Assembly: GCF_044704955.1 (NCBI RefSeq)
Contig: NC_091999.1
Location: 38,750,001 to 38,814,000, forward strand
DNA length: 64,000 bases
Source of the DNA: Pristiophorus japonicus
Lineage: Eukaryota
Direction of reading: 5' to 3'
This document shows positions 14,200 through 25,468 of this stretch, in pieces. The notes under the pieces are model-generated. The model saw only the letters and a program-made list of their open reading frames with translations. It made no database searches and was not told the origin of the DNA. Each line of letters opens with the position of its first letter. Position 1 is the stretch's first letter. Position numbers and translations under genes: made by a program.

Positions 14200-14625
14200 G
14201 GGATCACTCTCACCTCTGAGTGAGAAGGCTGTGGGTTCTCAACCCCTCTCCAGAGGCTGAGCACATAATCTCGGCTGGCACTCCCGGTACCAGTACCGAA
14301 GGAGAAGGGGAGGGGGGGCTATATTGACGGTGGAGCAGTCTTTCGGATGAGACGTTACATCTGCTGAGTCTTCACTCGCAGTTGGATGTAAGAGATTGAA
14401 TGGCACTATTTTAAATAGCAGGGGAGTTCACCCCGAAGTCCATTACACATATTTATCCATTAACCAGCATCGCTAAAGCACAGATTATGTGGTTATTATC
14501 ACATTATGTTTGTGGGAGCTTGCTGTGTGCAATTTGACTCCATGTTTCCTACATTATAAAAGTGACTACACTTCAAACATACTTCATTATAAAGCACTTT
14601 TGCACATTCTGAGGACGTGAAAGTC
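14200..14625 (+). mobile_element. tRNA-derived Deu-domain SINE (SacSINE1-like)
   Basis: ctcacctctgagtgagaagg..gggttc head; gtctttcggatgagacgtta; cagattat..attatcacatt..tgtgggagcttgctgtg..gtgactacacttcaaa. An inverted homolog lies at 33285-33690. Confidence 0.7.
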
Positions 14626-15459
14626 GTGAAGGTTATTTCTAAACGTCAACATTTAAAATACACGTTGCAATGGGTGACTCCTCTGGTCGCTGTTTTAACT
14701 TGTTTAGTTTAAGTGGCTGGAATCTTAAGCTAAATGGACATTCATGAATTACTGATCTGTTCAGCGAGGTTCCATTGACATTGGTAGCAGAATTTTCAGA
14801 ATTGAATTATTAATTTTTATATGTTCCCTTTGATATAAATCACATCTCTTCTAATTGAACAAACCAAAAACCGATGTCACAGCTGGAGATATTTCCATTT
14901 CTTTGTACCAACTACCAATATTCATAAAATAAACCCGTGCTGTGAGTTAAAACTAATCAATAAATGACTTTGTGGATCTGCTTTTGCTGCCATGAACACT
15001 TCATGGAAACCTGTGAGATGTTTATGTAAATAAACGCAGAAATAGAAGACCCAGATTAGAATAGTGAACGACAGAATAGAAATAAACAGAGAAAGAAACG
15101 CTAATGTCTCAACGGATTCCAGCAACAATTGATGTTTGTGATATTTTTTTCAGTTATTGGTGAACAAATCAACGATGTTATCTGCGGCCAGAATGGGGCA
15201 AGATTCTAGTCACCGTATATAGTAACAGCTCAAATGTATTCGTGGCAATTCTCTGTATCCCCTCCCTCTCTGCCTCTCTCTACTATCCCCACCTTTTTCC
15301 TTGCCTCTAAAGAATGCGTCATTATTTTTACCTCACAATAAGAAGTCAATGTCTAACAAAAATGTTCTCTAAGGTCTATTTCCAGGCCTCAAACCAAATT
15401 GGTGGGTGTGCGGAGAGGCAGCTTTATAATAAAATATGTCGTGTTAACTCAATGATCTT

Positions 15460-15950
15460 GGGTGTTTGATGTGACTCTGTAGCGGGAACTTTACTCTGCA
15501 TCTAACTCCGTGCTGTACCTGCCCTGTGAGTGTTTAATGGGACTGTTTCGATGGAGCTTTGCTCTGCATAGACCAGTGATGTACCTGCTCTGGAAGAGTT
15601 TGATGGGACGGTGTAGAGGGTGCTTTACTCCATAGCTTACCCGTGCTGTACCTGCCCTGGGAGTCTTTGCTGGGACAGTGTGGAGGGAGCTTTACTCTGC
15701 ATAGACCAGAGCTGTACCTGCCCTGGGAGAGTTTGATGGGACGGTGTAGAGCAAGATTTACTCTCTATCTAAACCGTGCTGTACCTGCCCTGGGAGTGTT
15801 TGATGTGACGGTGTAGAGGGAGCTTTATTGTTTTTCGACTCGTGCTGTACCTGAGCTGGGAGTGTTTGATGGGACAGCATTGAGGGAGCCTTTCTTTGCA
15901 TAGGCCCGCGCTGTACCTGCCCTGGGAATGTTTGATGGCACAGTGTGACA
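15460..15950. repeat. ~66-bp minisatellite (..gctgtacctgccctgggagtgtttgatgggacagtgtagagggagctttactctgcat..)
   Basis: gtacctgccctg recurs about every 66 nt, ~7 copies. Decayed copies of the same unit occur at ~29130-29620. Confidence 0.88.
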
Positions 15951-16179
15951 TCACTATCGCAGAACATTGATTTTGTCAGTGCAACTTCCTGTATATTGCA
16001 TTTCGTGTTTACCTGTTTGACATCATCACGTCAGCAACACGTAAACAATGGGTGACGTAATTGTTTACAACAAAGCAACGTCATCAACTTGATTTGGTCG
16101 CCATAGCTACATCAGTGCGACGTCTGACCCTCAGCCAAATGGATTGCTCGATTTGACCTATATAGACACATCTATACCC

Positions 16180-17050
16180 CAGGGTCTAGTGCAGTAATAA
16201 CCGAGACACGTCCAAGTGTAACATAGACAGAGAGATGATATAGTGTAATATCTACAATGACAGGGACCAGTGTAAAATAAAAAGACACAGCGTCTAGTGT
16301 AATATAAACAGAGACAGTGTCTAGTGTAATATAGAAAATAAAGGCTCTAGTGTAATATAAACAGAGACAATGTCTAGTGTAATATAAAAAATACAGGGTC
16401 TAGTGTAATATAAACAGAGACAGTGTCTAGTGTAATATAAACAGAGACCGTGTCTAGTGTAATGTAAAAAATACAGAGTCTAGTATAATATAAACAGAGA
16501 CAGGGTCTAGTGTAATATAAATAGAGACAGGGTCGAGTGTAATATAAACAGAGACAGGGTCTAGTGTAATATAACCAGAGACAGGACCAATCTATTATAA
16601 AGAGACAGGGGATAGTATAATATAAATAGTGACAGGGTCCAACATAATATAACAAAGAATAACGTGCTCTAATACTAACTAATACATGAGCTCTTTAGTA
16701 GAAACATTGACATTTTCTAGTGCAATATAAACTGAGACATGTCGAGTGTAATATAAAGAGAGACAGGAACTAGTGAAATATTGACAAAAACATGGTGTAC
16801 GGTCATATAAACAGAGACAGCGTCTAGTTCAGTAGTAACTGAGAATGGGTCTAATGTAATATAACGGAGGGTCCAGTACTGTGATAACTGATACAGAGCC
16901 GAGAATAATATAAACAGAGACAGGGTCTAGTGCAGTGTAACTGAGACAGTATCCACAGTAATAAAATTGATCCCGAGACTAGTGCAGTAATAACTGAGAC
17001 AGGGCCTTGTGCAATCCGAAAAGAGAGATGATCAGGTGTAGTTATAATTA
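16180..17050 (+). repeat. 27-bp satellite, orientation A (AGAGACAGGGTCTAGTGTAATATAAAC)
   Basis: 27-nt periodicity, more diverged toward the edges. Confidence 0.88.
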
Positions 17051-17229
17051 AACAGGGTCCAGAGTAATTTAAACATATAGAATGCCTGGAATAATTTGAT
17101 AGTAACATTCCAGCCATGCGAATCTTCACGTCTGTCTGACTGTCTATCTGTCTGTCATTCGGTCGGTCGGTCCATTCGTCTGTCCGTCCGACCGTCGATT
17201 CGTACTTCTATCCACTATCTGTACTTCTA

Positions 17230-20200
17230 TCTAATATTACACTAGAACCTGTCTCTCTTAAGACCCTGTCCCTGTTAATATTACACGAGACGCTGTCTCT
17301 GTTTATATTACCCGTGTCCCTGTCTCTGCTTATATTGTACTAGACCCTGTCTCTGTTTATATTACACTCAACTCTGTCCCAGTTTACATTACACTAGACA
17401 CTGTCTCTGTTATATTAGTCTACACCCTGTCTCTGTTTGTATTATAATGGACCCTGTCTGTGTTTATATTATACTGGACCCTGTCCCAGTTTATATTGCA
17501 CTAGACCTGTCTCTGTTTATATTACAGTAGACACTGTCTCTGTTTTTATTACACTGGACCCTGTCTCTGTTTCTATTACACTAGACCCTGTCCCAGTTTA
17601 TATTACACTAGACCCTGTCTCTGTTTATATTGTACTAGACCCTGTCTCTGTTTATATTATACTAGACCCTGCCTCTGTTTACATTACATTAGACCCACTC
17701 CCAGTTCATATAACACTAGAGACTGTCTCTGTTTATATTAGTCTAGACCCTGTCTCTGTTTATATTCTACTAGACCCTGTCTCTGTTTATATTACACTGG
17801 ACCCTGTTTCTGTTTATATTAAACTAGACCCTGTCTCTGTTTATATTACACTAGACACTGTCTCTGTTTTTATTACACTGGACCCTGTCTCTGTTTCTAT
17901 TACGCTAGACCCTGTCCCAGTTTATATTACACTAGACCCTGTCTCTGTTTATATTGTACTAGACCCTGTCTCTGTTTATATTATACTAGACCCTGCCTCT
18001 GTTTACATTACATTAGACCCACTCCCAGTTCATATAACACTAGAGACTGTCTCTGTTTATATTAGTCTAGACCCTGTCTCTGTTTATATTCTACTAGACC
18101 CTGTCTCTGTTTATATTACACTGGACCCTGTTTCTGTTTATATTAAACTAGACCCTGTCTCTGTTTATATTACACTAGACTCTGTCTCTGTTTATATTAC
18201 ACTAGACCCTGTCTCTGTTTATTTTGTACTAGACACTGTCTCTGTTTATATTAAACTACACCTTGCCTCTGTTTACATTACACTAGACCCTCTTCCAGTT
18301 CATATTATATTGGACCCTGTCTCTGTTTATATTAAACTGGATCCTGTCTCTGCTTATTTTACACTAGACCCTGTCTCTCTTCATATTACACTAGACACTG
18401 ACTCTGTCTATATTCTTCTTAACACTATCCCTGTTTATATTGGACTCGAACCAGTCTCTGTTTATATTAAACAAGACCCTGTCTCTGTTTTTATTACACT
18501 AGACCATGTCGCTGTTTATATTACACCAGACACTGCCTCTGTTTATATTCTTTCTGACACTATCCCTGTTTATATTACACTAGACCCTGTCTCTGTTTGC
18601 ATTACACAAGACCCTGTCTCTGTTTATATTACACTAGACCCTGTCTTTGTTTATATTCTTCCAGACACTATCCCTGTTTATATTACACTAGACCCTGTCT
18701 CTGTTTATAATACACTAGACCCTGTCTCTGTTTATATTACACTAGGCACTGTCTCTGTCTATATTCTTCTTAACACTATACCTGTTTATATTGGACTCGA
18801 CCCTATATCTCTGTTTATATTAAACTAGACCCTGTCTCTGTTTATATTACACTAGACCATGTCTCTGTTTATATTACACCAGACATTGCCTCTGTTTATA
18901 TTCTTTCTGACACTATCCCTGTTTATATTACACTAGATCCTGTCTCTGTTTGTATTACACTAGACCCTGTCTATGTTTATATTACACTAGACCATGTCTC
19001 TGTTTATATTACACCAGACACTGCCTCTTTTTATATTCTTTCTGACACTATCCGTCTTTATATTAAACTAGACCCTGTCTCTATTTATATTACACTGGAC
19101 CCTGTCTCTGTTCATATCACACAAGACCCTGTCGCTGTTTATATTCTTCCAGACACTATCCCTGTTTATATTACACTAGACGCTGTCTCTGTTTATATTA
19201 CACTAGACACTGTCTCTGTTTTTATTACACTGGACCCTGTCTCTGTTTCTATTACGCTAGACCCTGTCCCAGTTTATATTACACTAGACCCTGTCTCTGT
19301 TTATATTGTACTAGACCCTGTCTCTGTTTATATTATACTAGACCCTGCCTCTGTTTACATTACATTAGACCCACTCCCAGTTCATATAACACTAGAGACT
19401 GTCTCTGTTTATATTAGTCTAGACCCTGTCTCTGTTTATATTCTACTAGACCCTGTCTCTGTTTATATTACACTGGACCCTGTTTCTGTTTATATTAAAC
19501 TAGACCCTGTCTCTGTTTATATTACACTAGACTCTGTCTCTGTTTATATTACACTAGACCCTGTCTCTGTTTATTTTGTACTAGACACTGTCTCTGTTTA
19601 TATTAAACTACACCTTGCCTCTGTTTACATTACACTAGACCCTCTTCCAGTTCATATTATATTGGACCCTGTCTCTGTTTATATTAAACTGGATCCTGTC
19701 TCTGCTTATTTTACACTAGACCCTGTCTCTCTTCATATTACACTAGACACTGACTCTGTCTATATTCTTCTTAACACTATCCCTGTTTATATTGGACTCG
19801 AACCAGTCTCTGTTTATATTAAACAAGACCCTGTCTCTGTTTTTATTACACTAGACCATGTCGCTGTTTATATTACACCAGACACTGCCTCTGTTTATAT
19901 TCTTTCTGACACTATCCCTGTTTATATTACACTAGACCCTGTCTCTGTTTGCATTACACAAGACCCTGTCTCTGTTTATATTACACTAGACCCTGTCTTT
20001 GTTTATATTCTTCCAGACACTATCCCTGTTTATATTACACTAGACCCTGTCTCTGTTTATAATACACTAGACCCTGTCTCTGTTTATATTACACTAGGCA
20101 CTGTCTCTGTCTATATTCTTCTTAACACTATACCTGTTTATATTGGACTCGACCCTATATCTCTGTTTATATTAAACTAGACCCTGTCTCTGTTTATATT

Positions 20201-20855
20201 ACACTAGACCATGTCTCTGTTTATATTACACCAGACATTGCCTCTGTTTATATTCTTTCTGACACTATCCCTGTTTATATTACACTAGATCCTGTCTCTG
20301 TTTGTATTACACTAGACCCTGTCTATGTTTATATTACACTAGACCATGTCTCTGTTTATATTACACCAGACACTGCCTCTTTTTATATTCTTTCTGACAC
20401 TATCCGTCTTTATATTAAACTAGACCCTGTCTCTATTTATATTACACTGGACCCTGTCTCTGTTCATATCACACAAGACCCTGTCGCTGTTTATATTCTT
20501 CCAGACACTATCCCTGTTTATATTACACTAGACGCTGTCTCTGTTTATAATACACGAGACCTTGTCTCTTTTTATAATATACTAGACACTGTCTCTGTTT
20601 ATACTACATTAGACCATGTCTCTGTTTACATTACACCAGGCACTATCTTTGTTTATATTCCTTCTGACACTATCCCTGTTTATATTACACTAGACCCTGT
20701 CTTTGTTTGTATTACACTAGACCCTGTCTCTGTTTATATTCCAGTAGACACTGTCTCAGTTTATATCACACGACACCCTGACTCTTTTTATAATACGCCA
20801 GGCATTGTCACTGTTTATATTATCCTCGACACTGTCTCTCTCTTTATTACACCAG
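17230..20855 (-). repeat. 27-bp satellite, opposite orientation (GTTTATATTACACTAGACCCTGTCTCT), with 324-bp and ~1352-bp higher-order duplications
   Basis: Unit is the reverse complement of the 16180-17050 unit. ORFs 17437-18828 and 19662-20180 end in identical peptide, 1352 bp apart. Confidence 0.93.
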
Positions 20856-20879
20856 ATCATCTTTCCTTTTCAAATATAT

Positions 20880-22613
20880 ATTGATTTCCCTATTTGAAAG
20901 TTACAATTAAATTTGCTGCCATCACCCTTTCAGAGAGTGCATTCCAGGTTATTACAACTCGCTGCATAAAAAATCTCCTTATCTCCCGTCTGGATTTATT
21001 TTTTCATTCATCTTAATCTTTGTGTTCTGGTTACCGATAGACCTGCCGATAGAATCCCCACCTTACTATCAACTCAATGAAACCCCTTCACAATTTTGAA
21101 AACATCTGTTAATTCTCCCCTAAGCATTCCCTGCTATAATAAGAATGAACCCATCCTCTCTCGTCTCCACAAAACTGAACTCCCTCATGCCTTGCACCAA
21201 TCTCCTCTGCATCCTTGACAAGAGGCTGACAATCTTCTTAAAATGTGGATTGAAAAAAATGCAATCTTTATTTGCCCTTCAGATTATTTCTAAGGATACA
21301 TGCTCCCTTTAAATTTGACTGACTGAGAAGCATTAATTATATTGTTTTACTTGTTTTGACAAAACGGACGGTGACTGAAATGCTCAGCAATATCCGTCTC
21401 CACATGACTCATGTATCAATATGATCACTGTCGCCACCTTCTGATAAAAGACATCTACTGCAAGCTCCAGAGCTTACTTTAAACATGATTCATAACACCC
21501 ACTACAATAACTTGTTTGAACGTTTACCCAGAGGATTTTTTTAGAACAAACCACAAGAGGTGCAGATGATCAGGAAGTATCAAGGGCGGAATTAGCAAAA
21601 TTATTATTGCAAATTCACCTTCAGCTCATCATACAGAGCCGTCAGATTAGATAAACTTCCACAATGAATAAAAACCTCACAGGAACAATGGTGCGACCGT
21701 GGCTAACAAGGGAAGTTAAAGATAGTATTAGATTAAATTAACAGCCATGGAATGTTGACAAAAAGAGTAGTAAGCCCGAAAATTGGGAAGATTTTGGAAT
21801 TCTGCAAAAGATGCACATGCAACTGATAATATGGGAGAAAATATAAAATTAAATAAGCTATCAAAAATCTACAAACAGATTGTTAGAGCTTCTACACGTG
21901 TATAGAAAGATGACTTAAATTAGCGTAATTTACAATACAAAGGTAGGTGGGACAGTAAACAGTGAGGAAGAAGTAAGGAGGCTGCAAAGGGATATTGACA
22001 GGTTAAGTGAGTGGGCATGAACATGGCAGATTGAGTATAATAGGAGAAGTGTGAAGTTATGCACCTTGGTAGGACAAATAGAGATGCAGAATATTTTTTG
22101 AATGCTGAGAAACTGGGTAATGTTCTTATTCAGAAAGACCTGGATGGCCTTGTACACGAATCACAGAAAGCTAACATGGAGCCAAAGTGAGCAATTAGGA
22201 AAGCAAATGGAAAGCAACATTTTATTGCAAAGGGATTGGAGTATTAGTAAAAAGAAGCCTTCATGCACTTATATAGGGCTCTGCTGAGACTACACCTGGT
22301 GTATCGTGTACAGTTTTGTTCTACTTATCTAAGGAAGGATATACTTGCCTTGGACGGAGTGCATCTAAGGTTCATCAGACTGATCTGATTCCTGGGACGG
22401 CGGCGGGGGCGGGGGGCTGTTCTATCAGGAGAGATTGAGTATCTTATGTCCATATTTCCTCGGAAATCACAACATAAGAACATAAGAATTGGGAGCAGGA
22501 ATAGGCCATATGGTTCAGCGAGCCTGTTCCGTCATTCAATATAAATTGTTAATATAAGTTGTGAACAATAGTGGACCCAGCACTGATCTTTGTGGGGTCC
22601 CTCTTTCTATCTC
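20880..22613. mobile_element. Decayed CR1 fragments in both orientations
   Basis: RLQRDIDRLSEWA-like coding at 21980-22020; cataagaacataagaa tail at ~22473; PQRSVLGPLLF fragment next to the gap. Confidence 0.7.
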
Positions 22614-22826
22614 NNNNNNNNNNNNNNNNNNNNNNNNNNNNNNNNNNNNNNNNNNNNNNNNNNNNNNNNNNNNNNNNNNNNNNNNNNNNNNNNNNNNNNN
22701 NNNNNNNNNNNNNNNNNNNNNNNNNNNNNNNNNNNNNNNNNNNNNNNNNNNNNNNNNNNNNNNNNNNNNNNNNNNNNNNNNNNNNNNNNNNNNNNNNNNN
22801 NNNNNNNNNNNNNNNNNNNNNNNNNN
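22614..22826. other. Assembly gap (213 N)
   Basis: Run of N. Confidence 1.
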
Positions 22827-24349
22827 GTACTGATACTCCAGCTGACTGCTGCGACTGACATGGTGTCTGAGACTTTGGATATATTTCCTTTCCTGCAATA
22901 TGTGAACAGTTACACACATTTACACAACGAAAAAATTTAACTTAACACCAGTTCTGTTATTGGGTAGATGTGTATATAAATAGGTCTTTTGTCAATGTAA
23001 ATGTTTTGAAGTTGGCTTCCAGGCATGCGGTCAGTAGTGAGAAAACTGGCCTTTGATGGAGTGCACAGAACCCCAGATGCTTCCTGAAAATGACACTGGT
23101 GTTCGAGGCTCGCTGACGGCAGTCGGTTGGGTTACTGCCAAATATTGTGCGGGTCAGATTAGCGTGAACAAGAATGAGAGAAATATGGTATTTAACTATT
23201 TAAATATTACATTATTCAGTCGAACTTTTAAAATAAGAAACATTTTCCATAGTATAACATCTCAAGAATGATTTTACGTAAATTGCATGCTCACAATATT
23301 ACAAAACAGGATCTGAAAATAATGAATTGATCCACACGGTACCTAATGAAAACTATTTCCAAATAAAGACCATTCTAAATCTTTCAATCGATTTATTCAG
23401 TACAGCATGAAGTGCTGGAGAGAGGTTTAATGTCCTCACCCCACACTGTAATGAGATGAGTGGGATTCGCAAAGTAACTAAAACAGGTTGAATTGCCTTG
23501 AATATTCTCACAGAGAAGTGCCAGCTGCACTTCTTTAATATTCTCACAGAATTTTGCGCCTGGTCTAAACACATGTCTCCATTATTCGTGATCAGTAGCC
23601 GCGCAGGGTGCGGTGTAACTTGAACTGATTTGGATCCCTGAACAAGCCCTCTCATAGCCCGGCTACCAGTGGGTGGTGAAAGGCCCAGATTGTGATCTGT
23701 TTCTGCTGGAGATGAAGCATTTATTCCTGTGATATTCTGTAAGATACCACTATGTCCTGATACACCGTGTTCCTGTTACCCGTGTCTGTTACACATTCGG
23801 TCGCTATTAAAGTTAGCGGCAAGGATTTGGATGTCAAGGTTTGCTGATCACATTATCGATTCTGATTCACCAGCTTCTCTCATAAAACGCTGGTCTGAAG
23901 CGGGCGGCCCCCACTTTCTTATGTGTCTTCGTCAACTCACTCCTTAATCATCAGACAAGCAGACTTATTTTACAGCTAAATTTACAAACGGCTGTCTTAG
24001 AGTCACAGACTCAGGGGCAGTTAGTGAAATGCAGTGAGAGACAATTGTATAATGTGAGGAGTATGATCTCATCTCCAGAACAAAAGTGTAGCTTCAGCCA
24101 AGTACACTGTAAATAGAATCACATTACCCATCTACCGCACTCGGTTACATAGAGTGATATCAATTCAGATTATAGGGGATACTTTATTGGTACAGTTGCA
24201 TGGATAGATAGCGGGAGATGTAAAAGCACAAACTGGCCGTGTCATTAGATCCTGATAATGTAATTCAATCTCAAAGATTTACATCCCCTGTGAAAGAGTG
24301 AGGAATAAAGGGATTTAATTTACAGTCCAGATGTGAGTCCATTCTGTTG

Positions 24350-24537
24350 GTGATGTGGAAGGAGTGACGTGGATCCAGAAACCGCTTCTATCAGGGAATC
24401 AATGGGTGGCGCCTTTAACCTCGCCCCCATCTCCCAGGTATTTAGCTGCCGGCCACTGGGAGCGCAATACAACAGTCTGGGAGTGGGTTTGCTCAGTGAG
24501 TTCTTGCTGGAACCAGTCACCACACATTGCCAGGAGG
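24350..24537 (+). promoter_or_regulatory. Putative VH promoter: CRE/TCRbeta-decamer-like AGTGACGTGG (24363-24372), weak TATA-like TATTTAG (~24439), no octamer
   Basis: Motifs seen upstream of the leader ATG. Shark VH promoters are known to lack the octamer and carry a CRE-like decamer. Confidence 0.5.
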
Positions 24538-24583
24538 ATGAGGTCGGCGATTGCTTTCGTTCTGTTGCTGGCTTTACTTTCCC
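24538..24583 (+). pseudogene. IgH leader exon
   Basis: MRSAIAFVLLLALLS+C|GTGAGT. Joins ttttacag|GT GTC CAG TCG (RVQS) at 24712. Confidence 0.92.
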
Positions 24584-24711
24584 GTGAGTAGTTTTTATTG
24601 TCCAATTCTCTCATTGTTACTGTCTCAGTGCGAGTCTCTCTCTGAAATTTTACAGAGTCAGGAATCATTTCCCGAGGATTGATCCTCGGGATATTTTGAT
24701 TATTTTTACAG

Positions 24712-25031
24712 GTGTCCAGTCGGATGTGGTGTTGACTCAGCCCGAGGCAAAGACCAGGATTTCCTGAGTCTCCCTGAGACTGACCTGTAAACCAGCGGGT
24801 TCGATTTTGGCGGCTATGGCATGAACTGGGTCCGCCAGGTTCCCGGTCAGGGGCTGGAGTGGCTGGTTTCCTACTACACTCCATCGAGCAAGAATAACGT
24901 CCCAGGGATTGACAGCCGATTTACTGCATCCAAAGACACATCAAACAACATCTTCACGTTGGACATAAAGAACAAGAGGAGCGAAGACACCGCCATCTAT
25001 TACTGTGCAAGGAAGGACTACGGGAGTGGGT
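24712..25031 (+). pseudogene. IgM-type VH exon fused to a D-like segment (~25015-25031)
   Basis: DVVLTQPEA..SLRLTC(K)[57 protein letters not shown] at 24765-24767 and a 1-nt deletion near 24790. Confidence 0.93.
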
Positions 25032-25069
25032 CACGGTGCAATACAGAGTGAGCTCTCCATACAAATACC
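25032..25069 (+). other. Recombination signal sequence with 22-bp spacer
   Basis: CACGGTG (25032-38) + 22 nt + ACAAATACC (25061-69). Confidence 0.88.
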
Positions 25070-25390
25070 CCAGACAGGGAGTTTGCTAAAACCTGCGACC
25101 ATTACCACGCCAGGAGCGTCGAAGGAACTGAGGCTTAAATAAAAATAATTAGAAATAAGTTATATATATATATATATATATTTAAATGTATAACAGTTTT
25201 CTTCTTTATTACTATTGATTGCCATGTTGAACATGCACAGATGCTTGAGAAGTATTCCAATCATTTTTGTAAATATAATGAACGCTACAAAATGAAATAT
25301 CTCGCTGATTCACACTTACGACAGTCAGAATCGGGTTTTTAGAGCTGGGTGGAATTTAATCTCTGTATTTTACAGTTAACAGTCCGCCTG

Positions 25391-25418
25391 AGTATTTGAC
25401 ACAACGTGTCTCACTCTG
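25391..25418 (-). other. Degenerate recombination signal sequence with 12-bp spacer upstream of J
   Basis: AGTATTTGA (25391-99; 7/9 match to GGTATTTGT, the reverse complement of the upstream nonamer) + 12 nt + CACTCTG (25412-18). No nonamer-like sequence at 22 or 23 bp spacing. Confidence 0.65.
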
Positions 25419-25468
25419 TTACGCAATTGGCTACTGGGGACAAGGGACCATGGTGACGGTGACTGCAG
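25419..25468 (+). pseudogene. JH segment (possibly a D-J join)
   Basis: YAIGYWGQGTMVTVTA + G|GTAAGG donor. Confidence 0.92.

Noticed and set aside
17437-18828. 463-aa ORF of DPVSVYITL repeats, plus the 172-aa copy at 19662-20180
   Set aside because: Translation of a 27-bp satellite whose unit length is a multiple of 3; no start context or unique domain.
3330-20855. Tandem arrays read as CRISPR arrays or Ig switch regions
   Set aside because: Eukaryotic DNA with no unique spacers; the arrays lie upstream of V rather than in the J-C intron and are not AGCT/G-rich switch-like.
22536-22940. ORFs spanning the N run
   Set aside because: Artefacts of the assembly gap.
25333-25370. GGTTTTTAG as the nonamer of a separate D segment
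   Set aside because: No heptamer at 12, 22 or 23 bp spacing.
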